NCBI RefSeq assembly: GCF_006345805.1 | Contig: NC_042997.1 | Coordinates: 66,278,001 to 66,342,000, forward strand | Source: Octopus sinensis | Lineage: Eukaryota | DNA: 64,000 nt | Direction: 5' to 3' | In this document: positions 36,845 through 51,592 of the stretch, piece after piece | Position numbering within the stretch: position 1 is the first letter of the stretch | Layout: every line of letters begins with the position of its first letter | Translations under genes and position numbers: made by a program | Notes under the pieces: generated by a model | The model's database searches: none | Seen by the model: only the letters and a program-made list of their open reading frames with translations | What the model was told of the DNA's origin: nothing

Positions 36845-37162
36845 TGAAGGTGCATGGCTCAGTGGTTAGAGTGTCGAGCTTACAATCACAAGGTTGTGAG
36901 TTCGAATCCCAGACCAGGCTGCGTGTCGTGTTCTTGAGTAAGACACTTTATTTCACGTTGCTCCAGTTCACTCAGCTGTAGAAATGAGTTGCGAAGTCAC
37001 AGGTGCCAAGCTGTATCAGCCTTTGCCTTTCCCTTGGATAACACTGGTGGCATGGAGAGGGGAGGCCAGTATGCATGGGTGACTGCTGGTCTTCCATAAA
37101 CAACCTTGCCCAGACTTCTGCTTGGGAGGTGCAATCCCATGGTCAGTCATGACCGAAGGGGG

Positions 37163-37167
<5 letters not shown>
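36845..37167 (+). mobile_element. tRNA-derived SINE, family C, best-preserved copy
   Basis: A box tggctcagtggttagag, B box gagttcgaatccc. Related copies at 3026-3330 and 17910-18240(-); sister subfamilies at 61105-61400 and 62270-62580(-). Confidence 0.85.
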
Positions 37168-37220
<53 letters not shown>

Positions 37221-37483
37221 ATATATATATGTATATATTACATGATCACAGTTGACCAACCAGGCTATCAGATGTTGTTACACATCACTGGTCACAATGC
37301 ACTTTTACATTGTTTTAGCCTTCAAATGATGCCACCCTGCTGTCTAGGTGAGCAGGCCAATGATCCCCCACTGATCAAAGGGGGCCTGGACCAATGTGAA
37401 ATGAAGAGTTTTACTCAAGAAGACAATGTGCTGTCCAGTCAGGGAATCAAACCCACAATTTGGCCACATGCCTTCACAATACA

Positions 37484-37575
37484 CAGGGTGCGATAAGTAA
37501 ATTTTGTCGCCATTTTATATTTTTTTTTATTTCCTGCAAGTGCATTATTTGTGCATTATTGTGTCGACTACGAGA
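37484..37575 (+). mobile_element. Solo terminal fragment of the maT element
   Basis: cagggtgcgata...aaattttgtcgccattttatattt is the reverse complement of the ends at about 23290-23345 and 56340-56407. Confidence 0.65.
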
Positions 37576-38501
37576 AAGTTTCTATATCATCAAATAATTG
37601 ACTGGCTTCAAATAGCAGCCAATTCTCCCTCAAATAATACCCTGCAATCATAGATGTATTCCATCAAGCCTCACTTGAAGCTGAATAACAGCAACAAGCT
37701 AGCTTTCTTGTCAAAATATTTTTCATGTTTTATGTTATATTTGATAGAATAATCTGAATGCTAAAGGGTTAAAAAAACAAAATTGGGGTGGACAAAATAC
37801 ATGATGTAGTCCAGTGGTTCTCAACCCCCTTTTGGCTATGGACCCTTTTGTTTCCTATTTTACACTACTGGACCTCTATAGCCATTTGCTGTATATAAAA
37901 AAATCTTGTTATCTTTTTATAATCAAATTCTACTAAGAATTTACCTTTTTTTCTTATGCTTTCTTCAGTCATTAGACTGTGGCCATGCTGGGGCACCACC
38001 TTGAGGATGAGGAATTTTAATCTAATGAATCAACCCCAGTACTTTTTTCTTAGCCTTATACTTATTCTATCAGTCTCTTTTGCTGAACCAATAAGCTACG
38101 GGGATGTAAACACACCAACACTGGTTACCAAGTGGGGCAGGGGTGACAAACATGAACACAAGGACACACATCAATATATATACATATACAATAGGCTTCT
38201 TTCAGTATTCATCTACCTAATCCACACACAAGGTTTTGGTCAGCTTGAGGCTATAATAGAAGGCACTTGCCCAAGGTGCCACACAGCTGGATTGAACCTA
38301 GAACCATGTGGTTGAGAAGCAAAAATAATTGTTAAAATATTTTGTATAGGTACAGGTATGGCCATGTGGTAAGAAGCTTGCTTCCCAGCCACATGGTTCC
38401 AGGTTCAGTCCCACTGCATAACATCTTGGACAAGTGTCTTCTACTATAGCCTGACCAAAGCCTTGTGAATGGATTTGGTAGGTGGAAACTGAAAGAAGCC
38501 C

Positions 38502-38544
<43 letters not shown>

Positions 38545-41371
38545 ATGTCTTTGTGTCTGTGTTTGTCCCCCCGTCACTACTTGACAACAAGTGTTGGTGT
38601 GTTTATGTCCCTGTAACTTAGCGGTTCAGCAAAAGAGACTGACAGAGTAAGTACTAGGCAACTTTAAAAAAAATATGTCCTGAGGTTGATTTGTTCAACT
38701 AAAACCCTTGAAGGTGATGCTCCAGCATGGCTGCAGTCAAACGACTGAAGCAAGTAAAAGAATAAAAGAATTGTAGAAACATAACCAATTTATTGCATCT
38801 AAATTTTAACATCAAAATCTTTTATGAACCCTGATTGAGGACCACAGATGTAGACTTAAGATGTATTATATTTAGAAATTAAAAAACGAGATGGTCATGG
38901 CTGGAATATCTTTAATCATTAAGTTTGCTTGATCAGAATTCACATTTAGCTAAACAACAATAGTATTCATCCTGTCTGTCTTATAACACAGACACTACTT
39001 GTTTTACTGGAATTACAAGAAATGGACAACGTAATATCACCACCTCAGAATGGTCATTATTCTACTCATACTCTTCTATTATGTCCACAACATACCACAC
39101 ACATGCACACACACACACACACACACTCCTCAAAAAAATTTTTTTTTCTTTTTTAATAATTACTATTATCATAAAAGACTAACAAAAATGATGTAATTTG
39201 TTTAATTGTTGAACTAAATTAAGACGAATTGTTTCACTGTTTATTATTTGTTAGCAAGAGAGTGGAAAACACAACAACTAGTGAGACAGAAATCTTATAT
39301 CAATTGACATTGACAAGAAATCAACTGTTTCATTCTCTTCGATTTATGTCTATTCCCCTGTTGTTGGAATAACTGATAAATTTGTGTGAATCAAATTTCT
39401 ATAGATTGTGATGTTTTTCATCAATACTTAACACTTGAAATACCAAACTAAACTATGCAGTTATTAAAATTGATGTTTTCATTTATCTAAGGAATTATAT
39501 TATATTATATTGTATTTTTTCCTGTCTTAAATTGTTGTGTTTTTATTATATTTATTTATTTATTATTTATATTTTCCAATTATTTTTGTGTTTTGATCTT
39601 TGTCCAAACACTATTCTATATAGTAATAGTAAGCTCCCAAGTGTACTGAGCAATGGGTTCAATACACGATTATTTATATGTATGTGTGTATGTGCATGTA
39701 TATATGTATGTATGTATGTATGCATGTATGTGTGTGTGTGTGTGTGTAGTTCATATTTACAGAAAGCAAAAGACGAAGACAGGTGAGGGAACAACAAGCA
39801 GGTGTATTAGTTTAATGCTCAGCAAGAATGGAAAAGTTTTTGACTTTTCGAGTCTGTGCTCTTCAACAGAAAGGATTGAGAGGAAAAAAAATGGAAAGAG
39901 AAAAAAAAAAAAACAGAGAGAGAAAAAAAACTGTGCAGGGATCAACAGTTCAACATAATGGAATATATATATATATGTATATATATGTTAAAGCACTTGT
40001 GCCAGCACCACATAACAAGTGCCCTGTACACTCTGTAAAGTGGTTGGCATTAGGAAGGACACCCAGCCATAGAAGCCATGCCAAGACAGATGACTGAGGC
40101 CTGGTGCAGCCTTCCAGCTTACCATCCTCTGTCAAACTGTCCAGCATGGAAAACATGTTAAATGATGATGATGATGTATGTACATGTATGCATACACACT
40201 CACCTTCAAACAGGCACACACACACATTCACACTTATCGTCATCCTGAGCTGCTGTTAAGAACCCTCATGGATCTTATTTTACAATAACACTAAATACAT
40301 GTGGATATATATAACTCTGTAGGCATATTTATTTATTCATAACAATGCTACATTGATGCTTTAATATATAATTATTATTGTGTCGTTAACATTATGCAAG
40401 TTGTGCCTGGCTCAATCTTGCTTACATTTTTAATGAATATCCTTTATACCAGCATCCAGGTAGAGGTGAGCAAATCCTGATGAAGAATTCAGTAACAGTG
40501 AAGCCGCTCAGCTCCATCTACATCCCAAACCATTTCAAAAGCCATTATGTGACTAATTTTTACAGCCAAGAAAAAATACATTTGTACATGAGTCCATCCA
40601 TCCATTTATTCATTCACTTTACATCCATTTTTTTCCTTCCCAGCATAGGTTGGTTGAATACTTGTTGAGGTATTTTGCAGCCAAATATCCTTCTCTCACT
40701 AACCCATACTTATTTTATAAGTGAAGTAATTTTTTTTTTTATTTCCCTTGTCTTTGAAATTACAGTGCAATAGGAAGTTTTCATCATCATTATCATTTAA
40801 TGTCCACCTTCCTTGCGGCATGGTTTGGATGGTTTGATAGGAGCTGCCCAGGCAGGACCCTGCACCAGACTTCTGTGTCTGTTTTGGCATGATTTTTACA
40901 GCTGGATGCCCTTACTAATACCAGCCACCCAGCAGGGTGGACTGAGTGCTTTTTACGTGGCATAGGCAAGGTCAGTTTTGGTATGGTATTTACAGTTGGA
41001 TGTCATCTTTTTTTTCATCAGATGCTTTTGATGTAAAAGCACAAAACATAAACACATGCACACATACACATGAGTGCACGCACACACACACAATGAGCCT
41101 TCTATTCATACAATTCCTTCTACTATTTCTACTCACAAGGCATTGGTATTCTGTCAAATATTTGAGATTAGTCCTATAACCCTTTTGGTTTATTAGGATA
41201 CCCACCACAGGTGCAGGCATGGCTGTGTGGTAAGAAACTTGCTTCCCAACCATGTGTTCCGAGTTCAGTTCCACTGCATGGTACCTTGGGTAAGTGTCTT
41301 CTACTATAGCCTCGGGCCAACCAAAGCCTTGTGAGTGGATTAGATAGACAGAAACTAAAAGAAGCCCATTG

Positions 41372-41402
<31 letters not shown>

Positions 41403-44400
41403 ATATCTGTATGTGTGTGTCTCTCATCTCACCACTTGACAACTGGTGTTAGTGTGTTTATGTCCCTGTAACTGAGCAGTTCAGCACAAGGAACTGACAG
41501 AATAAGTACTAAGCTTAAAAAACAAGTTTTACTCGGATAGACCCTCCTAGCCATTTGGAGTCTCACACCAACTGGACCCTTGTAGCCAAATCATATTATA
41601 TTTTTATAATTAAATATTATCAGGAATTCTATAAAATAAGATTGTTACAATATTTTGTGTATTGAAAAAGTATAACAAATTTATGGCAGATAAATTTTCA
41701 CAACAAAATCTTATATGCACACTGGTTGAGAACCACTGTTTTAAAGTAAAATATTTAATAATAAATATATAGAAAACTATTATTTGCATTATTTTGTTGC
41801 TCATACTTAGTATATAACATAATTATGAATCACAAATTTTTAGAGACACTTGAGTATTTGTATGGGATTTAAAACCAGCCATATCCAGCCCAAATATTCT
41901 ACCTGTTTATGTACAAGTTTGCCAGATCCAGCCTCTCATACCTACCCTTCACTGTTATTCTAAAGATAAGTATCACCAACATTTCAAAGCTGTAAGATAA
42001 TGCATGATTAATTCAAAACAACATGAATAAATAAGCATAACATTTGACAGAGTAATCTCAACACTAAAGGATTGTGTTATATTAATATAAAAAATTTAAA
42101 AAAAACACTTCTAGATACCCCCAGTGTGCTTCTGTACACCATTTGAGAACTACATTCAACACACACTGACATATAGTACAATCATAGAATATACTATAAA
42201 CTAGTTGTTCTCAACTGAGGTCCATATAAGGATTTTGTTGTTAAAATTTACCTGCAATAAATTGGTTATGCTTTTACAATACACAAAATATTTCAACAAT
42301 TTTCTTCTACAAATCCTAATAATATTTAATTATCAAAATATAATAGGACATTTTTCGACATGAGTGTCCATCTGAGTAAAATGGTAATGAAAGGATTCAT
42401 AGGCAAAAAATGGTTGTTAAACACTGCTGTAAACCTTACTCGTTTTAGCAATATTCACATCCATATCATACATCAAAGGTCATTAATTGGTAGAATTATT
42501 GAAATATCAGTTTTATTATGGGATGCTTTATGTTCTTTGGTCATCTTTGCTTTTCATCCTTATCCTTCTGTGATTAATGAAATTCATATTGTTGGACAAA
42601 AAGCTTTGCGGTATTTGTTTTGCCTCTTTATGTTCTGACTGCCCAGGTAGATGTGGTAAACTTATCCATATCTAGCCAACTGAATGGTATGTTGTTAAAA
42701 AAGAATAGCCTGAAGAAGGTAACAGAAAGCCATTTTTGTGTTCTGTAAAAATCCCATGACCAACATACAGAACTACAATGATAGTTGAAGTGAGACATCA
42801 TATGGATTAACCATCACATCAATATTATCAGCTAACATAAGGCAGTGATCTGGCAGAAGCATTTGCATGCTGGGCAAAATGCTTAGCAGCATTTCATCTG
42901 TCTTTATGATCTGAGTTCAAATTCTGCAGAGGTTGACTTCGCCTTTCATTTTTTTCGGAGTCAATAAAATAAATACCAGTTGAGTACTGGAGTTGATGTA
43001 ATCAATTTGCCCCCTCCTCTGAACTTGCTGGCCTTGCACCAAAATTTGAAATTAACATTATCAACCAACATCCTATATTACTGTTAATACATTGCTCATA
43101 CAAAATGCACACACTTTCTCTTAATGCAGGATTCATAAAAAAGGATAACGCTTAGGAAAATAAAGATACCTGTGATGAAAGACAAGCCAACAGGAGTGGG
43201 GATTACAGTCACTCGACCTGCCAGAAATATCAGCCTAATCTCCTTTGTATTACACTTTATTGCCCTAAACTGTGTTTAACACTGTATAACAATTTTTTTT
43301 TTGTCTTTGGTCATTGTTATTTCCTATTTGCTTCTCTCTTGAAATCAAAGCAAATGACTACTATTCTCTTCAAACTTTGCTTTTATGATCTAAACATCAA
43401 TGTTTTCAAACTGACCTTTTTTCCATTACATTTGATACAGATTCAGCACTGAATTGCTGAAGCAGAAATACCATTATAGCAAATATTCTGCTCATTATCG
43501 CAGATTTGCTTGTCATTTGCTTGACGTTAACCACTTGAACATGTCTCTTAGTGGCTGACAATATGTGCATCTCTGAGCATGAAGAGGGGTAGTGGGGGGA
43601 GCATCACAGCCATGTGTTGAGAAGGATTCTTTGGGGTTTGAATAAATGTAACAAAAGCAAAGTTTGAAGGAAATATTAACTAGTTTTCATACTTTCTAAG
43701 GGTAAGAAAATCGGTAATAACAGTTGCTACCCAAGGACAAAAATCACGTTACACAGTGTAATATATTCCTGCTGTAAAAAGTCAGAAGTGATGGGTTGCT
43801 TGTGGTTACAATAACTTTGACTTGCTCAATCAGGGTTGAACAACAACAACCGTAGCAATGTAGTGCTGTTGTTTAGCCCCCAGTTTAGCCTTGGCTGTGC
43901 AGAACTATAATTAAAGGGATTTCAGTAATGACTGTCATAGCTTTGTTATGAGTGTGTTGGACTACATTATCTAAAGTGTTCTTCCCTTATTCGTGACAGT
44001 GAACGTGATATGATTGAAGGGAGATTTTAGCTGCTATTCCTTGCAGTTCAAGCCACCATATACAGAAAAGAAATATATGAATGAAAGGAACACATTGATA
44101 AAGATAGTGTGTATGTGTTGTAGAGAGAATAAGAGTTTTTGTATGTGAGTCGTTGTTCAATCATTGATCAGCCCTGATCAAACAAACCTTATGATCAAAG
44201 ATGCTTCAACTATGACCACCCTGACTTTTGGTGGTGGATTAGCTGAGTTATTAAAACATCAGATAGAATGTTTCATTATATTCTTTGCAGCCAGTTCATT
44301 CGTAATATTGTTGTTGTCATTGTTGAGGTGGGGGATTAAGTGCATAGATGCATCATAAATGAAAATAATAAAAGGAGTTTCAATGTAGCTGCTCTGCTTG

Positions 44401-45152
44401 CCATAAATAGTGACCAAGTCATCCTCAAATCACACCATATTCTCTTCATTAAAAAGAAAAAACAGTTACATTGGATAATATAGTCTCATATCTGAATAAA
44501 AGATGAGATGGTCACAGCTGGAATATGTTTGATCACAATTATAACACTTAACACTAGTCAACAATAACAACAGATGATGAAAACAATTATAAAATAAATT
44601 AAACCATGTAAATATTTTGGAGAAAAAAGCAAAGATGAAAAATAAAAAGTGTGTGTGTTGAATGGTCAGGGTAGAAATATCAATCAGTAATAGATCGTTT
44701 TAATTGAGACATTGAAACTGTTAATTAAATATAGTATGAGGGTGGAGGGAAAGGAAGCATCTGAAAGATGATCAAGTGAGAGAGAGCATGTGAGAAGAAG
44801 TATATTATAAATGAAGGGGATATATTAATAAAGATAGTATGAGTGTGGTGGGCAATTAAAAGCTTTGGTGTGTGAATTGTTGTTGTTTAGTCTCAGATCA
44901 GCCCTAATGAACAAAGATTTTCCAATTATGACCTTACTCTCTTAATTCTTTTGTTACCATATTTCTATTGAAATACACTTTGTGTTAATTGATTCTGAAA
45001 ATAATGCACCAGACGCAGACATGGCTGTGTGGTAAGATGTTTGCTTCCCAACCACATGTGTAGCACCTTGGGCAAGTGTCTTCTGCTTTAGCCTCAAGCC
45101 AACCAAAGCCTTGTAAGTGGATTTGGCAGTTGGAAACTGTAAAGAATCCTGT

Positions 45153-45224
<72 letters not shown>

Positions 45225-46110
45225 ATATGTGTGTGTGTGTGTCTGTGTCTGTGTTTGTCCCCACCACTACTTGACAACCAGTGTTAGTCTGTTTACATTC
45301 CTGTAAATTAGCTGTTTGGCAAAAATGACCAATGAAATAAGTACCAGGCTTAAATAAACAAGACCCTGGGGGAAATCAGTTTATTCAACTAACTTCTTCA
45401 AGGCATTGCCCCAGCATGGCCACAGTCAAATGACTGAAACAAGTAAAAGATAAAAGGTATATTTTCCAGCATACAAATCAAATTTTTCAGACCAAAAATT
45501 TACTGGCAAAGAAATTAGGTCGATTTATACACCAAGACAACTTCAGAGGACAAAAATTTCCTGTGAAATGCAGCATGATTTTGAAAGATTGTAGCAATGT
45601 TTGAATGTTTACACTATATACTACATAATCTTGTATTCTGGTAAATATCGTAGAATTTATCAAAATAGATTTGTCACTATTAAGCCAGCTGCTTGAAACA
45701 ATAACATGGAATTTTAGTGGAAGGTTTTAATGTAACACTTTATTATTTAAACCAGCCATATAAGGCTACAAGGTAATTCAGGATAAATTCAAAACAATGT
45801 GAATAAATAATTGTTACATTTGATAGAATAATTGGAATGCTAAAGGGTTAAATCACTTAAAAGCAGGAAGTTTATGTCATAGAACAAACAGCAGTCCCAG
45901 GTAGGTTGGTATCAAAAGGGTTAAGGTGGTGAATTGACCATCATTAAAACATCAGATGGAAAGGCTTTTCTGTATTCTTTCCAGTTCTCAGCACTCTAAG
46001 TTAAAATCTTGAATGATCAACTTTTCTTTCATGTTTCATTCAAGGTATCAATTTATGAAGTATTAGTCTAGTTTTTTCTCTCTCTCTCTCCCTCTCTCTC
46101 TCTCTATCTG

Positions 46111-46206
<96 letters not shown>

Positions 46207-46574
46207 TCAGTTGTGGTTGGAACTGAAAAGGGATGCTTGATTTAGGAACACTCACTCGTGGTACATTATATGTCATGATTGTGCCTCTGTGATGCCATCA
46301 GGAGTTGAGGTCCCAAGGCAAAGCATGACATCCCATCTCTGGATATATTAGTCAATGTGCCTTCCTATGTTGCACTTGTTATTTAACAAACCTGTGGTCA
46401 AAGATATTCTAGCCTTGACCATCCCACCTAGGAATATATTGTCCAATGCATCCTTCTTTTGTTGTTGTTATTGTTTAGTACCAAATCAGCCTTGACTCAG
46501 CAGATTTCTCAAAGATGTTCCAGTCATGACCATCCCATCTAGGAATATATTGCCCAATGTATCTTTCTTTATGT

Positions 46575-47035
46575 TGTTTTTGGCGAGAAACTCACAAATG
46601 ATGAGAGCTTGGTGATAGGGTGCATTGTTGTCATAAAGAATCCATTCCTTTGCACCCAACAGATCCAGTCATTCCACCAAGCGTCCTCCCTCAAATGCTT
46701 CAAAATGTTGTAGATTGTCCTTCAATGATCCTCATGCACAAGTTGATGGATTTTCTCCACATTTCTAGGGGTGACACTCATGGCAGTCTTCCAGATTGCT
46801 CATCATCTTCCAGAGATGTTCTTCTACTTTTGAAGTGACCATGCCACTCAAAACATTGTGTACAACTCATTGCCTCATCACCATAACCTTGCCAAACTAT
46901 GCTCAATGTCTCTGTAGCAGACTTCCCAAGTTCAATCCAAAATTACACGTTGGCTCTTAGTTCCAACTTCCTGTCCATGACAAAAATCACAGACTACAGC
47001 AGACGCATGTTGACAAAAACACAAATTTCTCAACT
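46575..47035 (-). mobile_element. Internally deleted mariner transposase relic
   Basis: From ATG at 46978: MDRKLELRANV*FWIELGKSATETL....YGDEAMSCTQCFEWH..FKSRRTSLEDDEQSGR..., joined to WILYDNNAPYH.AL..CEFLAK. Confidence 0.85.
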
Positions 47036-47894
47036 ATATATGTATAAGATTATTTTGTCAAATGGATCTGTATTAATTTAAGAATGTGATTTACATATAT
47101 TTGGCTGCTATGTCTAACAAGTTCAGCAACTAATTACATGCCTGCCTTTCAGTAGCTTGGATATTGATTTGTTTAATTAATTTATATAATGTAGGATGGA
47201 AAAGGAAGCAAATTTGTGGATATTGGTGGTAAATTCTGATAAAAACAATGCTGGAGATCTTATAGCGATGGGCTGTTAGTGAAACAATAGCAATATCATT
47301 AATTTAATGATGATGATGATGATGGCGACAGTGATGATAATCATCATCATGGACATGATCATGACAATGATGGCAACAGCAGCAGTCAGCAGCGATGAAA
47401 AGTTGAGCACTGGAGGTTTAAATGGAAAGCTATTTTTCAACCAGGATCAGAGTCATTACTATGTACTTACATGCCAATCATGATTTGACAAACGGAGATA
47501 ATTACTTGGAGAATTATCAAGGAATAAAGAAGATTAAACACTTCATGCACAAACTCACACACACACGCATATATATGCACACACACACACTCATACATAT
47601 TAAGACTGACTAGTACAATTACATGTATATTGTTGTGCCTACCCAAATACAGAAACATCAATAAAAAAAGTATTTAAAGCTGGAAAAGCCAGAAACAAGG
47701 TGAATATGAACTGGCTGGTCACCTGATTACTACTTCATGAAGCTGACCTGTTTCCTTTTATTGTTTTACAAAGTGTTTTCCATGCTTTCATAGTTCAGCT
47801 GGATTGTTTTGGAGCTTCTGTTAAATTCCTTGTACTAACCACTAATGCAAGGAGAGAAAGCTGTTTTTTGTCTGTCAAACAGAGGGATTTAAGA

Positions 47895-49625
47895 CTATCT
47901 GTCTCTTGAGATTTCCTCTACACTGATGACCTTGTTCTCAGGTTGTTGAATCACTACCAAAACTAGAGAAGAAATTTCAGGTGTGGAAGCAAGATCTGGC
48001 ATCAGAGTGCCTTAGAGTTAACTTAGTGAAGGCCAAATCCTAGTAAGAAAACAGACAAATTATTAATCCCTTCAATTGAGATAGCCCCGCTCAATATGCA
48101 GAAACTGTGTAAGTAGAAATTCTGTATGGTATATCCAGTGCAAGCTATGGACATATAAGAGGTGCAGCAATATCACAGGAAGGTTAGCTGAAAAAGTAGT
48201 CTGTGTGTGGCAGATATGCAGGTACAATAAACACTAGGAATGCACAGAAAATAGATTTCCTCTGATGTCTGGGAGGATCCTTATACGTTGTAGATAATTA
48301 CCACCACTTAGCTGACCAAGTCAGCAATGGAGGCAGATGCTCTGAAAGTGTAGTTGCTAGAACAAGAACAAGTTGGGCAAAGTTCAGAGAGCTACTACTT
48401 TGTTGGTATCAAAGGCCTTCTCCCTAAGAGTGAACGGTAGATAGTACGATGCCTCTGTATGAACAGCTATGCTACATGGCAATAACACATGGGCTGTGAC
48501 TATAGAAGACATGCAAAGACTTACAAGAAATGAAGCCAGCATGTTCCATGAGATGGATAATGTCACTGTGTATGTATGTCTAAGTGTAAATGATTTAGAA
48601 GAAAAATTGGGTATAAGAGGCATCAGATGCAGTGTGCAAGACAGAAGACTGTGGTGGTATGGTCATGTGATGCATATGGATGAGGTCAATATTTAATTGT
48701 GGAGAGAACCAGTGGAAGGGGTAAACCTAGGAAGATGTAGGACATAGTGGTGAGAAATGATCTTCAGATGTTGAACCCCACAGAGAAGACAAGGGACCAA
48801 GTTTTCTTGTGATTTATTGTACTTGAGAAGTCATGTCGAGCTATGTAAAATTGTGGGCATCTATACATACAGGCATATCATTTACGACCAAACCCCCCAC
48901 ACACACACATAATCTTTCCTCTGTTAAAATACTACTATGACCCATCTTCCCAACATACCCCATCCCACTACCTATAATCGCCACCCGCTACAGGCCCCCT
49001 CCACTTTCCCTCATGTGTCTATCAGCACTCTCTCCCTGTTCTAACAGATCTACCATAACCACCTCCCAGCCTCTCCATTTTCTCTCACCATCACTCACTA
49101 CAACCATGTCTTTCCCATCCCTCAAGACCTCCCTCCACACTCTTCTCGAATATCCATCTCTATCCCCTCTGTACTTCTTTTATTCACCCGCCATTGTTCC
49201 CTATTGATAGGCTCCAATATATCTCCAACACCTATTTCTCTCACTCTTTCAATCTAATTGCCTCCCTAACTCTCTCTCCCCTTCCTCTCCTTCCTTGTTC
49301 TACTGGGGTAACCAAGTATCTCCTCTATAGTATGACAACAATTTCTGCCCCTCTATTATACCCTTACCTCTCAACCTGGCTCACAGCCACTTCCCTCAGT
49401 TCCAATCCCTCTCTCAGCTGAGAGGTCTTTGTCTTGCAAGGTACTTGGCAACACCACTAGTTCCACATAAAAAGCACCCAGTACACTCTGTAAAGTGGTT
49501 GGCATTCAGACGGGCATCCAGCCATAGAAACCATACCAAAACAGACAAAGAGAGCCAGCTCCTGTTGAAACGTCCAACCCATGCTAGCATGGAAAACAGA
49601 CATTGAAAGATGATGATGATGAGAC
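47895..49625 (+). mobile_element. RTE LINE relic: RT catalytic region to 3' tail
   Basis: FLYTDDLVL (about 47914-47940, YADD motif), a Cys-rich insert, MLHGNNTWAVT (LYGSETW), RRLWWYGHVMHMDE, then the CT-rich 3'UTR and (GAT)n tail. Confidence 0.9.
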
Positions 49626-51536
49626 AAACTAGAGTTAGAAGAGTTTATGATTTGATCATAGTTGATCTAATAGATCAGGGCTGTAAAGTCAAGACTGGAA
49701 GCAACTGTTGGATTACTGGATCAGAGTTGATAAAAATGTACCAACTCCAAATCTTACAAAATGTAAACTGTAATATCACCGTATCCACCAGACTATCAGA
49801 TGTTGTTATACACCACTGATCATGATGCACTTTTTCACAGGGTTACCGATTTATAGCTGAGTCAGCTGGAGCAACATATAATAAAGTGTTTTGCTCAAGA
49901 ACACACTGCGTAGCCAGTCTGGGAAATGAAATCACAATTCTGAGATTCTGAATACAATTCTCTAACCACTAGTCCATATACCTTCACAAATTGTTATATA
50001 CCACATTAAAATAAGGCAGTGAGCTGGCAGAATTATTAGCATGCCAGACAAAATGCTTAGTGGCATTTCATCTGTCCTTGGGTTCTGAGTTCAAATTCCA
50101 CCAAGGTCAACTTTGCCTTTCATCCTTCCAGGGGTTGATGTAATCAGCTTAACCCTTTCCCCAAAATTGCTGGGCTTGTGCCAAAATTTGAAAGCATTAT
50201 TTATATATGAGATAAGCTGGCAGAATTGTTAGCTTGCTGGGCAAAATGCTTAGTGGCTTTTTGTCTGTTTTTACGTTCTGAGTTCAAATTCCACTGAGGT
50301 CACCTTTGCCTTTCATCCTTTCAGGGCTGAATAAAATAAGTACCAGTTGAGCACTGGAGTATATGTAATCAGCTTAGCCTCTTCCCCAAAATTGTTGGCC
50401 TTGTGCCAACATTTAACACCAATATACTACATTAAAATAGTTTTCTATGAAGAACAATCTGGTTGAGCAATTCTTTGTTTAAAAGCAAGATGCTAGAAAA
50501 TTTGGGATTTGGATTTGCGATTTTAAACCATATGTTACCATATTCCTGTCTATCTACACTACCTTTGTTTCAATTACTTTTCAAAATAATGAAGAATTTC
50601 GTAAAATAATTTGGTCATCATTAAACAGATAATTGGAACTGAAATTAACATAAAATTTTATTGTTAGATTTTGATTCAATTAACTTTTAAACAGGAAGTT
50701 TGTATCAGAGAATCAATAGCAATCTCAGGCAAGTTGGTCCCCTATTCTATAAATATAACATTTCTTTAATAGATTTTGTAAGGACAGGCATTTCATTCCT
50801 ATACAATATAATTTTTATTTCATTTAACATAATCTTTCATTCTACATTTACTTTAATTTTATATTCACACAATGCTGGCACAGGTGTGGCTATGGGGCAA
50901 GAAGTTTGCTTCCCAATCTCATGGTTCTGGGTTCAGTCCCATTGCATGGCAGTTTGGGTAAGCATCGTCTACTATAGCCTTAGGCCGACCAAAGCCATAT
51001 GTGTAGGTTTAGTAGATGAAAAACTGAAAGAAGCCTGTCGTGTGTGTGTGTTAGTGTTTGTCCCACACTAATGCTTGATAATCAGTATTGACGTGTTTAT
51101 ATCTCTAACTTATTTCGGCAAATAGTATAAGTACCAGATTTAAACAAATATGTACTGGGATTGACTCATTCAAGGCAGTGTCCCAGCATGGCCACAGTAT
51201 AATGACTGAAGCAAGTAAAAGACATAAGAAGAATGCTTTAATCTCAAAAGCAAAGTGTTATGAATCTATTTGAGTTTATTTCTTTTAAAATGGTCATTTG
51301 TTAATCTTTTAGATTTAATCTTAATGTACTTAGATTTATGAACTGGTAAACAAGGATTTCCTTGATTCCTTTTTATAATACTTCTTAGTTTATTTCAGTT
51401 ATATCCTTAGAGATGTTTGTAACTTCTCTGATAAATCGAAACCACAACCCAACCTGCTAAAGTTTGGGTTTTAAAGCTAAAGGTATGCTATCATCATCAT
51501 TTAACATCCGTTGTCCCTGCTGGCATGGGTTAGCAT

Positions 51537-51592
<56 letters not shown>

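Noticed and set aside
36845-36915. tRNA gene candidate (A box and GTTCGAATCC B box)
   Set aside because: No complete cloverleaf or acceptor stem; it continues directly into a SINE body present in several copies.
42705-42735. CTGAAGAAGG...GAAA string
   Set aside because: No helix I, II or III pairing.
47305-47400. Asp/His-rich reading (DDDDGDSDDNHHHGHDHD)
   Set aside because: Degenerate (GAT/CAT)n microsatellite without splice sites or an open frame; similar decay is seen at 61700-61735 and 63265-63305.
47469-47505. Minus-strand 34-37 nt exon-like piece encoding IISVCQIMIG with a GTAAGT donor
   Set aside because: A short hydrophobic peptide and a single donor are expected by chance. No neighbouring exons, and the orientation does not fit either inferred transcript.
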